In this document: positions 27,801-41,793 of the stretch, in pieces
Layout: every line of letters begins with the position of its first letter
How positions within the stretch are numbered: the stretch's first letter is position 1
NCBI GenBank assembly: GCA_002269645.1
Contig: NIVC01003360.1
Span: forward strand, 1 to 64,000
Length of the DNA stretch: 64,000 nucleotides
Source: Macrostomum lignano
Lineage: Eukaryota
Direction: 5' to 3'
Position numbers and translations under genes: made by a program
The notes under the pieces: generated by a model
Told to the model about the DNA's origin: nothing
The model's input: the letters and a program-made list of their open reading frames with translations, nothing else
Database searches by the model: none

Positions 27801-30800
27801 CAATTCCTGATTGATTTTCCCGAATTCGCCCATTTAAATACATTGGAATTTCCGGAATCTCCGCATTCAAATAGCTGGAAAGCTGATTAAGCTAGAGACA
27901 GGATTCTTTCTGGGGAAGACACCGAATGGTACGCTCTAATGATCTGTAGAATCTCATATTTGAGTCTACTGATAGAGCTTGGCAATTCCTGATTGATTTT
28001 CCCGAATTCGCCATTTAAATACATTGGAATTTCCGGAATCTCCGCATTCAAATAGCTGGAAAGCTGATTAAGCTAGAGACAGGATTCTTTCTGGGGAAGA
28101 CACCGAATGGTACGCTCTAATGATCTGTAGAATCTCATATTTGAGTCTACTGATAGAGCTTGGCAATTCCTGATTGATTTTCCCGAATTCGCCCATTTAA
28201 ATACATTGGAATTTCCCGGAATCTCCGCATTCAAATAGCTGGAAAGCTGATTAAGCTAGAGACAGGATTCTTTCTGGGGAAGACACCGAATGGTACGCTC
28301 TAATGATCTGTAGAATCTCATATTTGAGTCTACTGATAGAGCTTGGCAATTCCTGATTGATTTTCCCGAATTCGCCCATTTAAATACATTGGAATTTCCC
28401 GGAATCTCCGCATTCAAATAGCTGGAAAGCTGATTAAGCTAGAGACAGGATTCTTTCTGGGGAAGACACCGAATGGTACGCTCTAATGATCTGTAGAATC
28501 TCATATTTGAGTCTACTGATAGAGCTTGGCAATTCCTGATTGATTTTCCCGAATTCGCCCATTTAAATACATTGGAATTTCCGGAATCTCCGCATTCAAA
28601 TAGCTGGAAAGCTGATTAAGCTAGAGACAGGATTCTTTCTGGGGAAGACACCGAATGGTACGCTCTAATGATCTGTAGAATCTCATATTTGAGTCTACTG
28701 ATAGAGCTTGGCAATTCCTGATTGATTTTCCCGAATTCGCCCATTTAAATACATTGGAATTTCCGGAATCTCCGCATTCAAATAGCTGGAAAGCTGATTA
28801 AGCTAGAGACAGGATTCTTTCTGGGGAAGACACCGAATGGTACGCTCTAATGATCTGTAGAATCTCATATTTGAGTCTACTGATAGAGCTTGGCAATTCC
28901 TGATTGATTTTCCCGAATTCGCCATTTAAATACATTGGAATTTCCGGAATCTCCGCATTCAAATAGCTGGAAAGCTGATTAAGCTAGAGACAGGATTCTT
29001 TCTGGGGAAGACACCGAATGGTACGCTCTAATGATCTGTAGAATCTCATATTTGAGTCTACTGATAGAGCTTGGCAATTCCTGATTGATTTTCCCGAATT
29101 CGCCCATTTAAATACATTGGAATTTCCGGAATCTCCGCATTCAAATAGCTGGAAAGCTGATTAAGCTAGAGACAGGATTCTTTCTGGGGAAGACACCGAA
29201 TGGTACGCTCTAATGATCTGTAGAATCTCATATTTGAGTCTACTGATAGAGCTTGGCAATTCCTGATTGATTTTCCCGAATTCGCCCATTTAAATACATT
29301 GGAATTTCCGGAATCTCCGCATTCAAATAGCTGGAAAGCTGATTAAGCTAGAGACAGGATTCTTTCTGGGGAAGACACCGAATGGTACGCTCTAATGATC
29401 TGTAGAATCTCATATTTGAGTCTACTGATAGAGCTTGGCAATTCCTGATTGATTTTCCCGAATTCGCCCATTTAAATACATTGGAATTTCCCGGAATCTC
29501 CGCATTCAAATAGCTGGAAAGCTGATTAAGCTAGAGACAGGATTCTTTCTGGGGAAGACACCGAATGGTACGCTCTAATGATCTGTAGAATCTCATATTT
29601 GAGTCTACTGATAGAGCTTGGCAATTCCTGATTGATTTTCCCGAATTCGCCATTTAAATACATTGGAATTTCCCGGAATCTCCGCATTCAAATAGCTGGA
29701 AAGCTGATTAAGCTAGAGACAGGATTCTTTCTGGGGAAGACACCGAATGGTACGCTCTAATGATCTGTAGAATCTCATATTTGAGTCTACTGATAGAGCT
29801 TGGCAATTCCTGATTGATTTTCCCGAATTCGCCCATTTAAATACATTGGAATTTCCCGGAATCTCCGCATTCAAATAGCTGGAAAGCTGATTAAGCTAGA
29901 GACAGGATTCTTTCTGGGGAAGACACCGAATGGTACGCTCTAATGATCTGTAGAATCTCATATTTGAGTCTACTGATAGAGCTTGGCAATTCCTGATTGA
30001 TTTTCCCGAATTCGCCCATTTAAATACATTGGAATTTCCCGGAATCTCCGCATTCAAATAGCTGGAAAGCTGATTAAGCTAGAGACAGGATTCTTTCTGG
30101 GGAAGACACCGAATGGTACGCTCTAATGATCTGTAGAATCTCATATTTGAGTCTACTGATAGAGCTTGGCAATTCCTGATTGATTTTCCCGAATTCGCCA
30201 TTTAAATACATTGGAATTTCCGGAATCTCCGCATTCAAATAGCTGGAAAGCTGATTAAGCTAGAGACAGGATTCTTTCTGGGGAAGACACCGAATGGTAC
30301 GCTCTAATGATCTGTAGAATCTCATATTTGAGTCTACTGATAGAGCTTGGCAATTCCTGATTGATTTTCCCGAATTCGCCCATTTAAATACATTGGAATT
30401 TCCGGAATCTCCGCATTCAAATAGCTGGAAAGCTGATTAAGCTAGAGACAGGATTCTTTCTGGGGAAGACACCGAATGGTACGCTCTAATGATCTGTAGA
30501 ATCTCATATTTGAGTCTACTGATAGAGCTTGGCAATTCCTGATTGATTTTCCCGAATTCGCCCATTTAAATACATTGGAATTTCCCGGAATCTCCGCATT
30601 CAAATAGCTGGAAAGCTGATTAAGCTAGAGACAGGATTCTTTCTGGGGAAGACACCGAATGGTACGCTCTAATGATCTGTAGAATCTCATATTTGAGTCT
30701 ACTGATAGAGCTTGGCAATTCCTGATTGATTTTCCCGAATTCGCCCATTTAAATACATTGGAATTTCCCGGAATCTCCGCATTCAAATAGCTGGAAAGCT

Positions 30801-33800
30801 GATTAAGCTAGAGACAGGATTCTTTCTGGGGAAGACACCGAATGGTACGCTCTAATGATCTGTAGAATCTCATATTTGAGTCTACTGATAGAGCTTGGCA
30901 ATTCCTGATTGATTTTCCCGAATTCGCCCATTTAAATACATTGGAATTTCCCGGAATCTCCGCATTCAAATAGCTGGAAAGCTGATTAAGCTAGAGACAG
31001 GATTCTTTCTGGGGAAGACACCGAATGGTACGCTCTAATGATCTGTAGAATCTCATATTTGAGTCTACTGATAGAGCTTGGCAATTCCTGATTGATTTTC
31101 CCGAATTCGCCCATTTAAATACATTGGAATTTCCCGGAATCTCCGCATTCAAATAGCTGGAAAGCTGATTAAGCTAGAGACAGGATTCTTTCTGGGGAAG
31201 ACACCGAATGGTACGCTCTAATGATCTGTAGAATCTCATATTTGAGTCTACTGATAGAGCTTGGCAATTCCTGATTGATTTTCCCGAATTCGCCATTTAA
31301 ATACATTGGAATTTCCGGAATCTCCGCATTCAAATAGCTGGAAAGCTGATTAAGCTAGAGACAGGATTCTTTCTGGGGAAGACACCGAATGGTACGCTCT
31401 AATGATCTGTAGAATCTCATATTTGAGTCTACTGATAGAGCTTGGCAATTCCTGATTGATTTTCCCGAATTCGCCCATTTAAATACATTGGAATTTCCCG
31501 GAATCTCCGCATTCAAATAGCTGGAAAGCTGATTAAGCTAGAGACAGGATTCTTTCTGGGGAAGACACCGAATGGTACGCTCTAATGATCTGTAGAATCT
31601 CATATTTGAGTCTACTGATAGAGCTTGGCAATTCCTGATTGATTTTCCCGAATTCGCCCATTTAAATACATTGGAATTTCCCGGAATCTCCGCATTCAAA
31701 TAGCTGGAAAGCTGATTAAGCTAGAGACAGGATTCTTTCTGGGGAAGACACCGAATGGTACGCTCTAATGATCTGTAGAATCTCATATTTGAGTCTACTG
31801 ATAGAGCTTGGCAATTCCTGATTGATTTTCCCGAATTCGCCCATTTAAATACATTGGAATTTCCGGAATCTCCGCATTCAAATAGCTGGAAAGCTGATTA
31901 AGCTAGAGACAGGATTCTTTCTGGGGAAGACACCGAATGGTACGCTCTAATGATCTGTAGAATCTCATATTTGAGTCTACTGATAGAGCTTGGCAATTCC
32001 TGATTGATTTTCCCGAATTCGCCATTTAAATACATTGGAATTTCCGGAATCTCCGCATTCAAATAGCTGGAAAGCTGATTAAGCTAGAGACAGGATTCTT
32101 TCTGGGGAAGACACCGAATGGTACGCTCTAATGATCTGTAGAATCTCATATTTGAGTCTACTGATAGAGCTTGGCAATTCCTGATTGATTTTCCCGAATT
32201 CGCCCATTTAAATACATTGGAATTTCCGGAATCTCCGCATTCAAATAGCTGGAAAGCTGATTAAGCTAGAGACAGGATTCTTTCTGGGGAAGACACCGAA
32301 TGGTACGCTCTAATGATCTGTAGAATCTCATATTTGAGTCTACTGATAGAGCTTGGCAATTCCTGATTGATTTTCCCGAATTCGCCCATTTAAATACATT
32401 GGAATTTCCCGGAATCTCCGCATTCAAATAGCTGGAAAGCTGATTAAGCTAGAGACAGGATTCTTTCTGGGGAAGACACCGAATGGTACGCTCTAATGAT
32501 CTGTAGAATCTCATATTTGAGTCTACTGATAGAGCTTGGCAATTCCTGATTGATTTTCCCGAATTCGCCCATTTAAATACATTGGAATTTCCGGAATCTC
32601 CGCATTCAAATAGCTGGAAAGCTGATTAAGCTAGAGACAGGATTCTTTCTGGGGAAGACACCGAATGGTACGCTCTAATGATCTGTAGAATCTCATATTT
32701 GAGTCTACTGATAGAGCTTGGCAATTCCTGATTGATTTTCCCGAATTCGCCTATTTAAATACATTGGAATTTCCGGAATCTCCGCATTCAAATAGCTGGA
32801 AAGCTGATTAAGCTAGAGACAGGATTCTTTCTGGGGAAGACACCGAATGGTACGCTCTAATGATCTGTAGAATCTCATATTTGAGTCTACTGATAGAGCT
32901 TGGCAATTCCTGATTGATTTTCCCGAATTCGCCTATTTAAATACATTGGAATTTCCCGGAATCTCCGCATTCAAATAGCTGGAAAGCTGATTAAGCTAGA
33001 GACAGGATTCTTTCTGGGGAAGACACCGAATGGTACGCTCTAATGATCTGTAGAATCTCATATTTGAGTCTACTGATAGAGCTTGGCAATTCCTGATTGA
33101 TTTTCCCGAATTCGCCCATTTAAATACATTGGAATTTCCGGAATCTCCGCATTCAAATAGCTGGAAAGCTGATTAAGCTAGAGACAGGATTCTTTCTGGG
33201 GAAGACACCGAATGGTACGCTCTAATGATCTGTAGAATCTCATATTTGAGTCTACTGATAGAGCTTGGCAATTCCTGATTGATTTTCCCGAATTCGCCCA
33301 TTTAAATACATTGGAATTTCCCGGAATCTCCGCATTCAAATAGCTGGAAAGCTGATTAAGCTAGAGACAGGATTCTTTCTGGGGAAGACACCGAATGGTA
33401 CGCTCTAATGATCTGTAGAATCTCATATTTGAGTCTACTGATAGAGCTTGGCAATTCCTGATTGATTTTCCCGAATTCGCCTATTTAAATACATTGGAAT
33501 TTCCCGGAATCTCCGCATTCAAATAGCTGGAAAGCTGATTAAGCTAGAGACAGGATTCTTTCTGGGGAAGACACCGAATGGTACGCTCTAATGATCTGTA
33601 GAATCTCATATTTGAGTCTACTGATAGAGCTTGGCAATTCCTGATTGATTTTCCCGAATTCGCCTATTTAAATACATTGGAATTTCCGGAATCTCCGCAT
33701 TCAAATAGCTGGAAAGCTGATTAAGCTAGAGACAGGATTCTTTCTGGGGAAGACACCGAATGGTACGCTCTAATGATCTGTAGAATCTCATATTTGAGTC

Positions 33801-36546
33801 TACTGATAGAGCTTGGCAATTCCTGATTGATTTTCCCGAATTCGCCCATTTAAATACATTGGAATTTCCCGGAATCTCCGCATTCAAATAGCTGGAAAGC
33901 TGATTAAGCTAGAGACAGGATTCTTTCTGGGGAAGACACCGAATGGTACGCTCTAATGATCTGTAGAATCTCATATTTGAGTCTACTGATAGAGCTTGGC
34001 AATTCCTGATTGATTTTCCCGAATTCGCCCATTTAAATACATTGGAATTTCCCGGAATCTCCGCATTCAAATAGCTGGAAAGCTGATTAAGCTAGAGACA
34101 GGATTCTTTCTGGGGAAGACACCGAATGGTACGCTCTAATGATCTGTAGAATCTCATATTTGAGTCTACTGATAGAGCTTGGCAATTCCTGATTGATTTT
34201 CCCGAATTCGCCCATTTAAATACATTGGAATTTCCCGGAATCTCCGCATTCAAATAGCTGGAAAGCTGATTAAGCTAGAGACAGGATTCTTTCTGGGGAA
34301 GACACCGAATGGTACGCTCTAATGATCTGTAGAATCTCATATTTGAGTCTACTGATAGAGCTTGGCAATTCCTGATTGATTTTCCCGAATTCGCCCATTT
34401 AAATACATTGGAATTTCCCGGAATCTCCGCATTCAAATAGCTGGAAAGCTGATTAAGCTAGAGACAGGATTCTTTCTGGGGAAGACACCGAATGGTACGC
34501 TCTAATGATCTGTAGAATCTCATATTTGAGTCTACTGATAGAGCTTGGCAATTCCTGATTGATTTTCCCGAATTCGCCCATTTAAATACATTGGAATTTC
34601 CCGGAATCTCCGCATTCAAATAGCTGGAAAGCTGATTAAGCTAGAGACAGGATTCTTTCTGGGGAAGACACCGAATGGTACGCTCTAATGATCTGTAGAA
34701 TCTCATATTTGAGTCTACTGATAGAGCTTGGCAATTCCTGATTGATTTTCCCGAATTCGCCCATTTAAATACATTGGAATTTCCCGGAATCTCCGCATTC
34801 AAATAGCTGGAAAGCTGATTAAGCTAGAGACAGGATTCTTTCTGGGGAAGACACCGAATGGTACGCTCTAATGATCTGTAGAATCTCATATTTGAGTCTA
34901 CTGATAGAGCTTGGCAATTCCTGATTGATTTTCCCGAATTCGCCCATTTAAATACATTGGAATTTCCCGGAATCTCCGCATTCAAATAGCTGGAAAGCTG
35001 ATTAAGCTAGAGACAGGATTCTTTCTGGGGAAGACACCGAATGGTACGCTCTAATGATCTGTAGAATCTCATATTTGAGTCTACTGATAGAGCTTGGCAA
35101 TTCCTGATTGATTTTCCCGAATTCGCCTATTTAAATACATTGGAATTTCCGGAATCTCCGCATTCAAATAGCTGGAAAGCTGATTAAGCTAGAGACAGGA
35201 TTCTTTCTGGGGAAGACACCGAATGGTACGCTCTAATGATCTGTAGAATCTCATATTTGAGTCTACTGATAGAGCTTGGCAATTCCTGATTGATTTTCCC
35301 GAATTCGCCTATTTAAATACATTGGAATTTCCGGAATCTCCGCATTCAAATAGCTGGAAAGCTGATTAAGCTAGAGACAGGATTCTTTCTGGGGAAGACA
35401 CCGAATGGTACGCTCTAATGATCTGTAGAATCTCATATTTGAGTCTACTGATAGAGCTTGGCAATTCCTGATTGATTTTCCCGAATTCGCCCATTTAAAT
35501 ACATTGGAATTTCCCGGAATCTCCGCATTCAAATAGCTGGAAAGCTGATTAAGCTAGAGACAGGATTCTTTCTGGGGAAGACACCGAATGGTACGCTCTA
35601 ATGATCTGTAGAATCTCATATTTGAGTCTACTGATAGAGCTTGGCAATTCCTGATTGATTTTCCCGAATTCGCCCATTTAAATACATTGGAATTTCCCGG
35701 AATCTCCGCATTCAAATAGCTGGAAAGCTGATTAAGCTAGAGACAGGATTCTTTCTGGGGAAGACACCGAATGGTACGCTCTAATGATCTGTAGAATCTC
35801 ATATTCGAGTCTACTGATAGAGCTTGGCAATTCCTGATTGATTTTCCCGAATTCGCCTATTTAAATACATTGGAATTTTCCGGAATCTCCGCATTCAAAT
35901 AGCTGGAAAGCTGATTAAGCTAGAGACAGGATTCTTTCTGGGGAAGACACCGAATGGTACGCTCTAATGATCTGTAGAATCTCATATTTGAGTCTACTGA
36001 TAGAGCTTGGCAATTCCTGATTGATTTTCCCGAATTCGCCCATTTAAATACATTGGAATTTCCCGGAATCTCCGCATTCAAATAGCTGGAAAGCTGATTA
36101 AGCTAGAGACAGGATTCTTTCTGGGGAAGACACCGAATGGTACGCTCTAATGATCTGTAGAATCTCATATTTGAGTCTACTGATAGAGCTTGGCAATTCC
36201 TGATTGATTTTCCCGAATTCGCCCATTTAAATACATTGGAATTTTCCGGAATCTCCGCATTCAAATAGCTGGAAAGCTGATTAAGCTAGAGACAGGATTC
36301 TTTCTGGGGAAGACACCGAATGGTACGCTCTAATGATCTGTAGAATCTCATATTTGAGTCTACTGATAGAGCTTGGCAATTCCTGATTGATTTTCCCGAA
36401 TTCGCCTATTTAAATACATTGGAATTTTCCGGAATCTCCGCATTCAAATAGCTGGAAAGCTGATTAAGCTAGAGACAGGATTCTTTCTGGGGAAGACACC
36501 GAATGGTACGCTCTAATGATCTGTAGAATCTCATATTTGAGTCTAC
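18875..36546 (+). repeat. Satellite DNA array, ~183-bp unit, about 97 copies
   Basis: Period of 183 measured at 19061/19244/19427. Internal units differ mainly by homopolymer length. There is one EcoRI site (GAATTC) per unit and no spacers. Confidence 0.98.
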
Positions 36547-37539
36547 GGATACAGCTGGCAAATGTAAGTTTTCTAGGACTAATTCCTATCTTAAATACAC
36601 TAGAATTGGCGAAAAATTGCCTTGAATGGCTCATAAAGCAGTGACATGATTTTCTATGACATCAACAAGCGCACGCAATTGACTTTCTTGTAGAACTGTG
36701 ATTGAATGCTAATGCAAAATAAGTAGTTCTAATTTAGTTCAGATTTAATTGAAATAACTTGATTACAACGTAACTTGATTAAACGTTTTTCTTGTTTGTC
36801 TTGTAATCGCGGCCGCTTTGAGGCTTTGTCATTGGAGGATTGATCTTTGAGCGGGGATGAGGTGGGGAACAGTGGAGGGGAATGGGAGACGAAAAAAATT
36901 AATGAGCTATAATGTTAGATTGTGTTAGATTTCCTGCGATTCTGCGGGTGTTTTGCCTCTTCCCAGGGCCCCTACTGTATAAGATAATGGCTTTATGATG
37001 CGCATTCTATGCTATATTATATCTTTTTTTCTTACTCCATGCTTCTCCGCCTGTCATAGAATTAAAAATAGCAGAGAAAGGCAGGCTCGTCAGGATTCAC
37101 GTCAGGAAGACAGAGCCATAAATCCGTCTCCGATGTTAATTAGCGATGGAAGCAAAATACAAAGGCAATAAAAAATTCCACCCCTTCTCCCCCTTACGCC
37201 CCTGGAGAAAGAGCGATCATCCCTGCATCAAGCTCGATCATTAGCCATGGCGGGGAGTGCGAAATTTTATAAAGGTACTCGTTACTGCATCAGCGCATTG
37301 AATTCAGCAATTAAATAAATCACAACAATGTGGGTCGTTTTGACATCTTATTTTTTCGGTATCTCCTCGAATATTTCCTCATGAAAAATTGTAGTAGCTG
37401 GTACATGTATATTTTTCACAATTGCGAAAACAGTTTTCCAGAAAATTCCATGTTATTCATTTTTAAGAATATAATTTTACGGCCCAAAAGACCAATCTAA
37501 ACATCTACTGCTGCAAATCAGGTCTCTGATTACTACTCA

Positions 37540-37770
37540 GGTCTTTGATTGACTACTTATAGAGCTTGGCAAGTCGTCCTGATTGATTTTCAATGATTTT
37601 TCCATTTAGAATGCATTAGAATTAGCGGAATCGCCGCCTTTGGATATCTCGAATGCTGATTGAGATAGAGACATGATTCTTTCTGCTCTAGACACCGACT
37701 AGACCAATCTAAAAATGTTGAAAATTAGCATGTCTCGATCAGGCTACTGAGATACAGCCGTCAAATGGAC
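37540..37770 (+). repeat. Diverged single monomer of the 183-bp satellite plus the array's 3' flank motif
   Basis: ATAGAGCTTGGCAA..CCTGATTGATTTT..CCATTTA.AAT.CATT.GAATT..GGAATC.CCGC..GCTGATT.AG.TAGAGACA.GATTCTTTCTG..GACACCGA, then GATACAGC.G.CAAATG as at 36548-36564. Confidence 0.8.
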
Positions 37771-39003
37771 GGACACTTGAATGTAGTATAGTAGCTTCGT
37801 GTTAAATTTGTATCGTATTCGCAACTTTTTATAGGTTTGCTGCACATGTTTTTTAGCTGGTACTGTTAGTGGGAGAGTTGGAACTTTTAGAGTATAATAC
37901 ATTTCATTGTGGACCAACGTTTTTTTAACGTTTTTACAACGGCTATTTTGTACTTTACCTCTAGTATAAAAATCTTTTGTTGGAGCAACGTTATTTGGCA
38001 GCCCGGGTATAAAAATGATTTATGATTTAATGAATTTTTAATGGTTTAATGAATATGTTTTGCCATTCTTAGCTGACTGTGTAACAATATGTGTAACAGA
38101 GAGGATATATAATAGATTAATAAAACCAATGAGTCGAGAGCTGTGCCATGCATTTTTATGATTTTTAGGTACAGGAATGTACGATAAAAAATGAACATAG
38201 AATCCTACTTTTCTGAACAAAAAGCTTTAATGAATACCAATAGAGATATAAAAGACATAACATATCAAAAGATGAACATTGAGTCTGCCTCCAATCGAAA
38301 GCAATAACAATTTTTGTGCGAAAAAATGAAAACTTCCTATATCTCCATGGTGTATTTTTCGCCAAACTTTTCCCGTGAAGCGTGAGTGTCGCGTCCCGTC
38401 TTATACATTGCTTAAGTTGTCCTTGTCGAAAGGCCAGCCAAAAGCTGTAACAAATAAATCCAAAATTTAATACTTCATGCAATCAATCTTTGGCTAGATC
38501 TGAAATGGGATTAAAAATCAAATTGATAGATTCTATCTAAATGATCACTTTATTGATTTCAAAAATTCTAGGAAATAAACTGTGAAATGATCGAGGCAAT
38601 GATAATTAAACAAACAGATTCGATGATGCGTATCGAATATGGGTGATATCGATACCAAAGAGCGATACGGGGTGAAACATCTAAACCTATATGCTATCTA
38701 TCTTTTAAATTATCGCCGGTAATTTTCACACATGGAAAACGTAATAGATATATAAAAAAAACTATATCAACTATCGTATTTTTAAATAGTTGTTGTGAAT
38801 ATCACTATACAGATTTATTGCATTTAAGCAGAACTATTTTGTGTTTTTTTGTTAAAATAAGTCTATCACATGTTCTAGCAATAACCGTTTATTGTGCGTC
38901 ATTTTCAAATGATGCAATCTGCCAATCTGACGAAATTTTGTTCAGAAAGGCTGCAAGAATTGTAATCGGACACAATCGTTCACTTTAAAACATGAGACTT
39001 TAG

Positions 39004-39170
39004 CAGGGGCTTAGCCAAAGTGGGGGACACTGGGGACATGTCCCCCCCGCTGGATGGGGAATTTTTTTACTTCCTTTGTATTTTGCTTCCATCGCTTCTA
39101 TCGGAGATGGATTTGTCTCTGTCCGGGTCCGGGACTGTCCCCCCTGTCGTGAATCCTTGCTACGCGCCTG
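39004..39170. mobile_element. Short MITE, probably hAT-type
   Basis: Terminal inverted repeats CAGGGGCTTAGC / GCTACGCGCCTG, flanked by near-duplicated 8-mers GACTTTAG / GACTCTAA. Confidence 0.55.
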
Positions 39171-40287
39171 GACTCTAAAGTATGTTAAGTGTGTACCCTA
39201 AATCGTACCTGGTTCCTAACCTATTTACTGTGTCTATAGTCTACTAAGTTGTTCTTCAAAGCTTATTAAATCAAATGGAAAATATATATTATTCTTAGCT
39301 AATCATAAATTCATAAAAAATTTGCTTTAAAATGTAGGCTGTAGGCCTAGCTCTAACCAATATGCTTTTTGATAGCAGCTAGGGCCCTATAGTAGGCTAA
39401 TATTGCTTTGCTATGCCTACTTTTTATATGTAAGCTAAGCCATATACAAAAATGTTCCAAATTTTTATCATTTAGAACTTCAATAATTTTGCTACCAAAG
39501 TATAAATTTGATTTAGCTATAAATTCAATGGTTCATTTTTAAGTACACTATAGGTTTTTATGCAGCCTAATCATCTAATGTAATAAATAAGCTTATTAGA
39601 TATAGTTTTACTTTTGCTTATATAACTAATTTTTAATTATAATATAAAATTAGATAGGAAGGCTAGCTGTTAAAATTAAACTAATTAATACCTTCTTAGC
39701 AATTTTTTTATTAGTAACTTTTGTTAAATAGCAACTTTTTGAGTTTCTAGCTAGCAACTTTCTAAATTCTAGCTAGCAACTTGGTATGTTAACAGTGACA
39801 TTTAAACAAATATAATTAAAATTAAATAAAGAAAAAACAAATATTTAATTGATAGGCCTATCATAATATGACTATTAATCAGATGCTTGCTTTAGATTTT
39901 AAATTATTTATATATAGAAAGTAAACACTAAATTTTATTTACTAGGGGGGCCTAATCTAATGAATGTATATTTTATTTTCCTTAATTAATTTTTTTATAT
40001 TTCTCTATTATTATTATTCTTTATTAAATTAATATAAATATATAAAATAAATATGCATGCATAATCTCCTTGATTTACACTGGCTATGCCACTTTTTTGA
40101 CCAAAAATGTGATTTACCTTTGAAAAAATCATAAAGCAAAAGTTAACACAATTTTGGATAAATGAGAAAAGTAACTATGACTATTCTATGAATACTAAAT
40201 GTAAATTTGTATTATGTCTGTATTTTTTAGATGGGTATTTTTGCAACTTATCCCTGGTTTACCATAATAATGATAGCCAGTAGTTGT

Positions 40288-40459
40288 CATACTTGGGCGC
40301 AACCTTGGGATTCACCTAGCCATTTCTATTAGCAACACACACATGTAAGTCACTATTGGACGGAATAGTAGTCACGTGACTGCTCTCAGCCAATAGCGAC
40401 TTACATGTGTGTGTTGCCAATAGAAATGGCCAGGTGATTCTCAAAGTTGCGCATGTATG
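40288..40459. mobile_element. Palindromic MITE-like element, copy 1
   Basis: Long imperfect inverted repeat GCGCAACCTTGGGATTCACC...GGTGATTCTCAAAGTTGCGC; a second copy lies at 53267-53438. Confidence 0.75.
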
Positions 40460-41186
40460 GTAGTTGTGCATATATGTAAATAAATATATATTTAAATAAG
40501 TTGAATTTACTATATTATTTATAATTTTTGTTTTCTGTAAGATTTTTAATATAGAAATAATTATTGCATATGATTAGTAGATTAAGATTCATTTTTAGTA
40601 TATAGATTGCAAAGAAGCTTAATATAAGTTTTAAAGGGAAAGGAAATTTTTGTTTGAAATTTTGACAAAGGAGGATAAATTTTTTTGGGAAGGGCTAAGC
40701 CATGAGCAATCCTTCTTACATTTTATGTAGCCTAGTATAATAAATATATAATATATATATATTAGCTCTTATAATCAATTTATACAAGTTTGTAAAATTA
40801 GACATTTCTAATATTAATTCTAACATTAAAAACTATTTATCAAGTATATTAGCAAAAAGCTAGTAAAATTGCAACAAAAAATCTATTACATAATTTGAAA
40901 GAGACATATCAAAAAGTTTTTGGTTACCAAATCAAATTTTGAAAAACTTGTGATCAAATTTTAGCTAATTCAAACAAAAATCCTAAAAACCCTTATTTGG
41001 CAATTAGAAATTAATAGCCCTATTAGTTCAGGTGTGATTCAAAGATTTACATTTCTTTGAAAGTGTATATTTCTCATGGAAAGACACATTAGATTTTTCA
41101 GTTTGTTGCTCTCACCACAAAAAAAAACTAAGAGAAATATAATAACTTTTGCTAGACAGATACCATATTATATAATTATTTGGTAT

Positions 41187-41570
41187 TCTGGTTAGAAGCT
41201 TGGTGTTATGGTCAGAAGCTTGATTTTCTGGTCAGAAGCTTGATGTTCTGGTCAGAAGCTTGATGTTCTGGTCAGAAGCTTGATTTTCTAGTCAGAAGCT
41301 TGGTGTTCTGGTCAGAAGCTTGATGTTCTAGTTAGAAGCTTGATGTTCTGGTAAGAAGCTTGATGTTCTGGTCAGAAGCTTGATGTTCTATTCAGAAGCT
41401 TGGTGTTCTGGCCAGAAGCTTGATGTTCTAGTTAGAAGCTTGATGTTCTGGTAAGAAGCTTGATGTTCTGGTCAGAAGCTTGATGTTCTAGTTAGAAGCT
41501 TGATGTTCTGGTAAGAAGCTTGATGTTCTGGTCAGAAGCTTGGTGCCCTGGTCAGAAGCTTGATGTCCAG
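41187..41570 (+). repeat. 20-bp minisatellite TGGTCAGAAGCTTGATGTTC
   Basis: Direct tandem copies visible. Confidence 0.9.
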
Positions 41571-41793
41571 GTTTTTCTAGTGTTCTGGTGAACATATTTC
41601 AATAAAATGGGTATATTAAATATGCTTATATAACTTCTAGAGCTCACTGTACATTTCAGGCAAGTTCATATTGAATAATTTAATGAAAAATTAAACCTAC
41701 TACATCAAATGGCCACTCTGCTGGCAACCACCAAACTAACTATTATCAAGAGGCAGCAAAAGCAAGACACCTGAAACAGACGTACTACAAACA

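Noticed and set aside
18875-36546. CRISPR-like array
   Set aside because: Units are contiguous and nearly identical with no unique spacers; there are no cas genes and the context is eukaryotic.
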